A DNA stretch of 64,000 nucleotides, from positions 6,200,001 through 6,264,000 of the forward strand of contig NC_083277.1 of assembly GCF_963506605.1 (NCBI RefSeq), in the 5' to 3' direction. A program made the translations under genes and the position numbers. Shown here piece by piece: positions 61,219-64,000 of the stretch (the stretch's first letter is position 1; each line of letters opens with the position of its first letter). The stretch comes from Zootoca vivipara. Its lineage: Eukaryota. Under the pieces are notes generated by a model. It did not search any database. It saw nothing but the letters and a program-made list of their open reading frames with translations, and was not told the origin of the DNA.

Positions 61219-63155
61219 CAGGGCATGTATGGAAGAGAGAAAGTGATGAAGAAGCCCATCAGGCGTTGGAAGAAAGCATTATATTTCCAGCTATGGTCGA
61301 GAACCTTGGGAATCAAGATGGGATAAAGATGCAGGCAGGAAACGAGGCAGATCAGGATTGGGGCGAAACTATTGGTTGTCTGAACAGCGGCTTCTTTGAA
61401 ATCCCAGCCCATCCAGGAAAACATAAAGGAGGAAGAAGGAACGAGTCCCCGGCGTATTCGGAAAGCTTTAACGATGCAGCAGGCCTTCAAATGCGCTGGA
61501 AAACCCAGACAGGAGACAAACCATATAAATGCCTTGACTGCGGAAAGAGCTTCAAGCGCAACTCAGAGCTTATTCGACATAAAAGGATCCACACGGGAGA
61601 GAAACCTTTCAAATGCCTGGAGTGCGGGAAAAGCTTCACTCAGAGCAGAAACCTTACTTCACATCAGAGGAGCCACACAGGAGAGAAGCCTTATAAATGC
61701 CTGGAGTGTGGAAAGTGTTTCAGCCAGGCTGGGATTCTTACTTCACATCAGAGAAGCCACACCGGGGAGAAACCATATCAGTGCCTGGAGTGTGGAAAGT
61801 GCTTCAGTCAGAGTGGGATCCTTACTGCACACCAGGGAATGCACACAGGGCAGAAGCCATTCAAGTGTTTGGAGTGTGGGAAAAGCTTTCGCCAGCAGAT
61901 CCACCTCACCTCCCACGAAAGGACACACACCGGGGAGAAGCCCTTTGAATGTCAGCAGTGTGGAAAATGTTTCCGCCAGCAGATCCACCTTACTTCCCAC
62001 GAAAGGACGCACACCGGAGAGAAACCGTTCAAATGCCGGGAGTGCGGGAAGAGCTTCAGCCAGAGCTCCCACCTTATCAGACACGAAAGAATCCACACCG
62101 GGGAGAAGCCATTTAACTGCCTGCTGTGCGGAAAGAGCTTTGGCCACAGTGCGGAACTCATTCGACACGAAAGGACCCACACAGGGGAAAAGCCCTTCAG
62201 GTGCCAGGTTTGCGGGAAGAGCTTCAGCCGGAGCTCCGAACTTATCCGACACGAGAGAACCCACACGGGAGAGAAACCGTTCAAATGCCTGGAGTGCGGG
62301 AAGGAATTCAGCGACAGCACCAACCTCATCAGGCACCAAGTCAGCCACACGGGAGAGAGACCGTACAAGTGTCCGGTGTGTGGGAAGAGCTTCAGCCAGA
62401 GCAGGAGCCTGACTTCACATCAGAGAACCCACACAGGGGAGAAGCCGTATCAGTGCCTCGAGTGCGGGAAGTGCTTCAGCCAGAGCGGGATCCTTACCGC
62501 GCACCAAGGGATGCACACAGGGCAGAAGCCGTTCAAGTGTCCCGAGTGCGGGAAGAGGTTTCGCCAGCTCATCCACCTCACCTCCCACAAGCGGATCCAC
62601 ACAGGAGAGAAGCCCTTCAAATGCCTGGAGTGCGGCCGGAGCTTTCGTCAGCACATCCACCTCACCTGCCACGAGAGGACGCACACCGGGGAGAAGCCCT
62701 TCAAGTGCATGGAATGCGGCAAGAGCTTCAGCCACAACTCCATCCTTATTTCTCACGTGAGAACCCACACAGGAGACAAACCCTTTAAATGCCTGGAGTG
62801 CGGGAAGAGCTTCACTTGGAGCACTCTCCTTATTAGACACGAGAGAACCCACACGGCAGAGAAGCCCTTCAAATGCCAGCAGTGCGGGAAAAGCTTTCGC
62901 GAGAGCTCACTGCTCAACAAACATCAGAGAAGCCACACTGGGGAGAAGCCGTTCAAATGCTTGGAGTGCGGGAAGAACTTCACTTCGAGCACGCTCCTTA
63001 TAAGACACCAGCGGGTTCACACAGAGAACCATTTCAGTGCTTGGAGTTTTGAAAGAGCTCCGGCCAGCGCTCAGAACTTACTAGACATCAAAGAATTCAA
63101 GGAGGAGATGATCCACTGCAACGATGAAAACAGTGGAGCGGTTGTCATGCAATAA
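61219..63155 (+). CDS. ZNF-5 zinc-finger exon, 18 C2H2 fingers
   Basis: NAGNAG acceptor at 61216-61221, phase 1, ORF 61266-63155. Confidence 0.92.
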
Positions 63156-64000
63156 GCTTTGTCGGGCTCCTGGAATTATTCACATTGTGGGAAATTTATA
63201 TGTGCTGCAGCTTCTGCAACAGATCAGTTCACAGCTAATCAGAGGGAGAAATCATGAAAACCAGAAGAAAGAGCTTCTGGAATTGCAGAGTCCTCCTCAG
63301 TTGCATGGATTATAATGAGTTGCCTGCACAGTCATAAAATCTGGCAATTTTTCCAGGCACTACAAACTTCCTGATTCCTTGAAGGCGTACAGCAGAGGGA
63401 AGAAGGTCTCATAATCTTACGTTGTTTTTTAAGCGTGTATATTTCCTATTGTGCAATCTAAGAAACAATACTTTCATGTTAGGCCACCACCAAGCAAACG
63501 TCTGTGATGTATGAACACTGCTATGTTCCACTGCTGCCTGTCGTTGTATGGAAGTCACTCATATATCTCTGGTCCTTTGTCTTCCACATATCCCTTTTAA
63601 AAAATACTATTTTTGCTAGGTGGTTCTGTGTGTCGTTAGAGGAGCTGTTCACCCTTCAGGTATAAGAGCGTGTGACAGAAGAGGAGACTTATTCACCTCT
63701 TGCGGTGAAAACAGCAGGTGGAATGCATCACCTTTAAGACTTAATAGTTTTCCTGTCGGCTGAACTTTTGTCAGGAAAAGCTGGCTTGTGGCTGACATGT
63801 GAGGTGGACATAGAAGGTGTTGCGTGTGCAGACTAAATCCTAGTCAGCATATGTTTGGCTAGATGTATCTCTGTTTCCATCAACGGAGAGAAAAATACCC
63901 TTCAGGGAATTTCTGTCATGGGAGAACAAGAATAAAAAACTGTCTTGGTTAATTTGTGTTATGGAAGACCCCATAAATGGAGAGTGAAAATCCTGAGGAG

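Overview
Eukaryotic genomic DNA, most likely a lacertid lizard or other squamate (inferred from Sauria SINEs, BovB, CR1/L2/L1 LINEs and Tigger/hAT MITEs). The window is a C2H2 zinc-finger gene cluster with five genes. ZNF-1 (minus strand) is KRAB-less with 24 minisatellite-like fingers. ZNF-2 has a stop-disrupted KRAB-A exon and 5 fingers. ZNF-3 has two tandem linker/KRAB-A/KRAB-B modules and 14 fingers. ZNF-4 has one KRAB and 8 fingers. ZNF-5 has a non-KRAB N-terminal exon and 18 fingers. Between ZNF-3 and ZNF-4 lies an immobilised Tigger/pogo (TIGD1-like) transposase. Its ORF is open, its first catalytic Asp is mutated, and it is bracketed by a candidate phase-1 acceptor (41610) and a consensus phase-1 donor (43403). 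It could therefore be spliced in frame to the neighbouring KRAB exons: a candidate host-transposase fusion, with TIR-matching MITEs in the same cluster. Introns and intergenic DNA are full of nested TEs, including four non-autonomous Helitrons, a twin-primed-like BovB and a SINE inside a SINE. Exon models were read by eye from splice signals and frame, with no transcript evidence. TE family names are from recognition, not database searches.
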